From Phycisphaerae bacterium (GTDB lineage: Bacteria; Planctomycetota; Phycisphaerae; UBA1845; Fen-1342), in assembly GCA_050115495.1 (NCBI GenBank), contig JASFQK010000033.1:1-64000 (forward strand): a DNA stretch of 64,000 nucleotides, in the 5' to 3' direction. This document shows, piece by piece, positions 62,623 through 64,000 of this stretch. The number at the start of each line of letters is the position of its first letter. Within the stretch, counting starts at the first letter, position 1. Made by a program: the position numbers and the translations under genes. The notes beneath the pieces are model-generated. The model searched no databases, was not told the origin of the DNA, and saw nothing but the letters and a program-made list of their open reading frames with translations.

Positions 62623-64000
62623 CTACGGCGCGGGCTGCGTGGTCGGCGGTTGCGCCCTGACCCGCGACGGCGGCTTGGTCACCCGCGGCGCGGCCTGCCT
62701 GGCAGGCTGCCCCCGTACCGGCGGCGTCCCGGCCCCAGCTCCAGCCGCCGGCCGGATTCCTCGTACCGGCTGCCGCACGACCGGAATCCGCAGGTTCGGC
62801 GCTTCCGTATCGTCCGTCATCACGGTGACCGCCACCACGCCCGTGGGCGAGTAATCCGCCGGGATGCTCACCACAACGTACGGTTTTCCGTCACGTTCCT
62901 CGTACCGTCCCGTCAGAGCCGTGTCCGAGCACACCACCTTCAGGACCTTGCCCGGGTTCGATCCGGCCCACATCAACTGCACCGGCACTTCGAGCGCATC
63001 CGGCAACACGGCCGGCACACTCAGCCGCGGCGGATTCGCCCTCAACCGCGGCGGCGTCCGGCCCAGCACCGAAATCGTCTCGATCGGGCTTTCGGTCACG
63101 CCTGTCTTGAGCGACACCGTCCCGCGGAAACTGCTCGACGGCAATGGCGGCGTCAGCGTCACGTCCAGCTCGTATCGCTCGCCGGGCTCGACTTCCCGAA
63201 GCTGCGCCGACATCTGCCGCTCGGCGATCGGCATGAGCTCCAGGGCCAGCGGCCCGCCGTCACCACGCTTGATCTGCAGCGTCTTCGTCTGCGGTCCGCC
63301 TTCCCGGTTGAACGCGTTGAAGTTCACGATGCGCAGGTTCGTCGTGAACGGAACCAGCGCCTTGCCCTTGCACGATAGTGCCACACTGCGGTTCTGCGGG
63401 TCATTCGTCTGTACGCGGATGTCCTTGCTGAAGGCACCGGACCGCGACCGCGTGCTGATGCTTACCTTCACTTCTTCCGTTGCGCCCGGCGCGATAGAAC
63501 GGTCAGCCTGACCGTCGATCTTGACGCCTCACCCTCCCTTGGCGCGGATATTCAGCACGCCCTCTCCCTCGTTCTTGATCTTGAATACGAACTCCGCCAT
63601 CGCCCCGCCCCACGTCGGCGCCGCCTCCACGAGCGGTTGCTCGCAGACGTACTTCGGTTGCGGCTGATCCGCCGCCGGCGGCGTCAGATCCAGCTTCCCC
63701 GTCGCTCCGCCACAGCCCGACGCCGGCTTCGCCGCCTGCGGCGCTTTCTGAGTCGGAGTCTGCGGGTTGGCGGGTGCCGGTCTCACCGGACGCACCACGG
63801 GCGGAGCCGTCTTCGGCGGCGCCGTGGTTCCCTCCTGCTGCGCCTGACGGACCAGCTCCTCGATCTGCCGCGTCAACTCCTCTGCCGTCGGGTTGTCGCC
63901 ACCGGCCGGCTGCGATGCCGGGGGCTGTGCGCTGCTCACCGCTTGCCCGGCCCCATCACCAGCCCAGGCAACCTCCGCCCCCAGTAACGTGACTACCAGT
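62623..64000 (-). CDS. Exported DUF1573-like Ig-domain protein, paralog A (5' end outside the window), with in-frame UGA at 63529-63531 (candidate selenoprotein)
   Basis: Frame is open from the window edge (LVVTLLGAEVAWA, signal-like). FKIKNEGEGVLNIRAKGG-UGA-GVKIDGQADRSIAPGATEEVKV continues in frame to TAG at 62623. Confidence 0.75.
63499..63515 (-). promoter_or_regulatory. Candidate bacterial SECIS hairpin (paralog A)
   Basis: ACGGUC-AGGCU-GACCGU starting 13 nt after the UGA. Confidence 0.6.

Noticed and set aside
61940..63531. Genome-wide UGA reassignment (code 4 or 25)
   Set aside because: TGA is the normal stop of many genes here, including TGATG-coupled junctions, and no other gene shows an internal TGA.
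61133..63939. Four separate genes or two pseudogenes, as the ORF track implies
   Set aside because: The halves are in frame, the break falls mid-domain at the same codon in both paralogs, and a shared hairpin follows each.

Overview
High-GC bacterial window, probably a Planctomycetota (Phycisphaerae-like) genome. That assignment is inferred from the repeated dockerin-like C-termini and the ASQP/TTQP low-complexity linkers. Contents in order: ROK kinase; ridA-scpA-trpS-cvpA-like run; PMT/TPR glycosyltransferase; bioY; a decayed REP-associated (Y1/RAYT) transposase with GTAG-type REP palindromes scattered through the window; a trypsin-PLD fusion; a HEAT lipoprotein; three secreted alpha-glucan enzymes (GH13, GH119/57-like, GH13) sharing one dockerin-like tail; a sigma54-controlled sulfate ABC operon (sbp-cysT-cysW-cysA plus an alkaline-phosphatase-superfamily gene); a MacAB-TolC-like exporter; typA; a C39-like peptidase/RimK/GCS2/formylglutamate-amidohydrolase operon; a Tat-exported nitroreductase-fold protein; a Cys-rich MerR regulator; a subtilase; a TPR/beta-barrel gene, an exported protein and a 2261-aa Ig-repeat adhesin. 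Best novel signal: two tandem paralogous exported DUF1573-like genes at the right end, each split by an in-frame UGA at the same position and each followed 13 nt later by the same ACGGTC-N5-GACCGT hairpin. They are candidate secreted selenoproteins that the ORF track breaks into four pieces. Family assignments come from motif recognition, not database searches.
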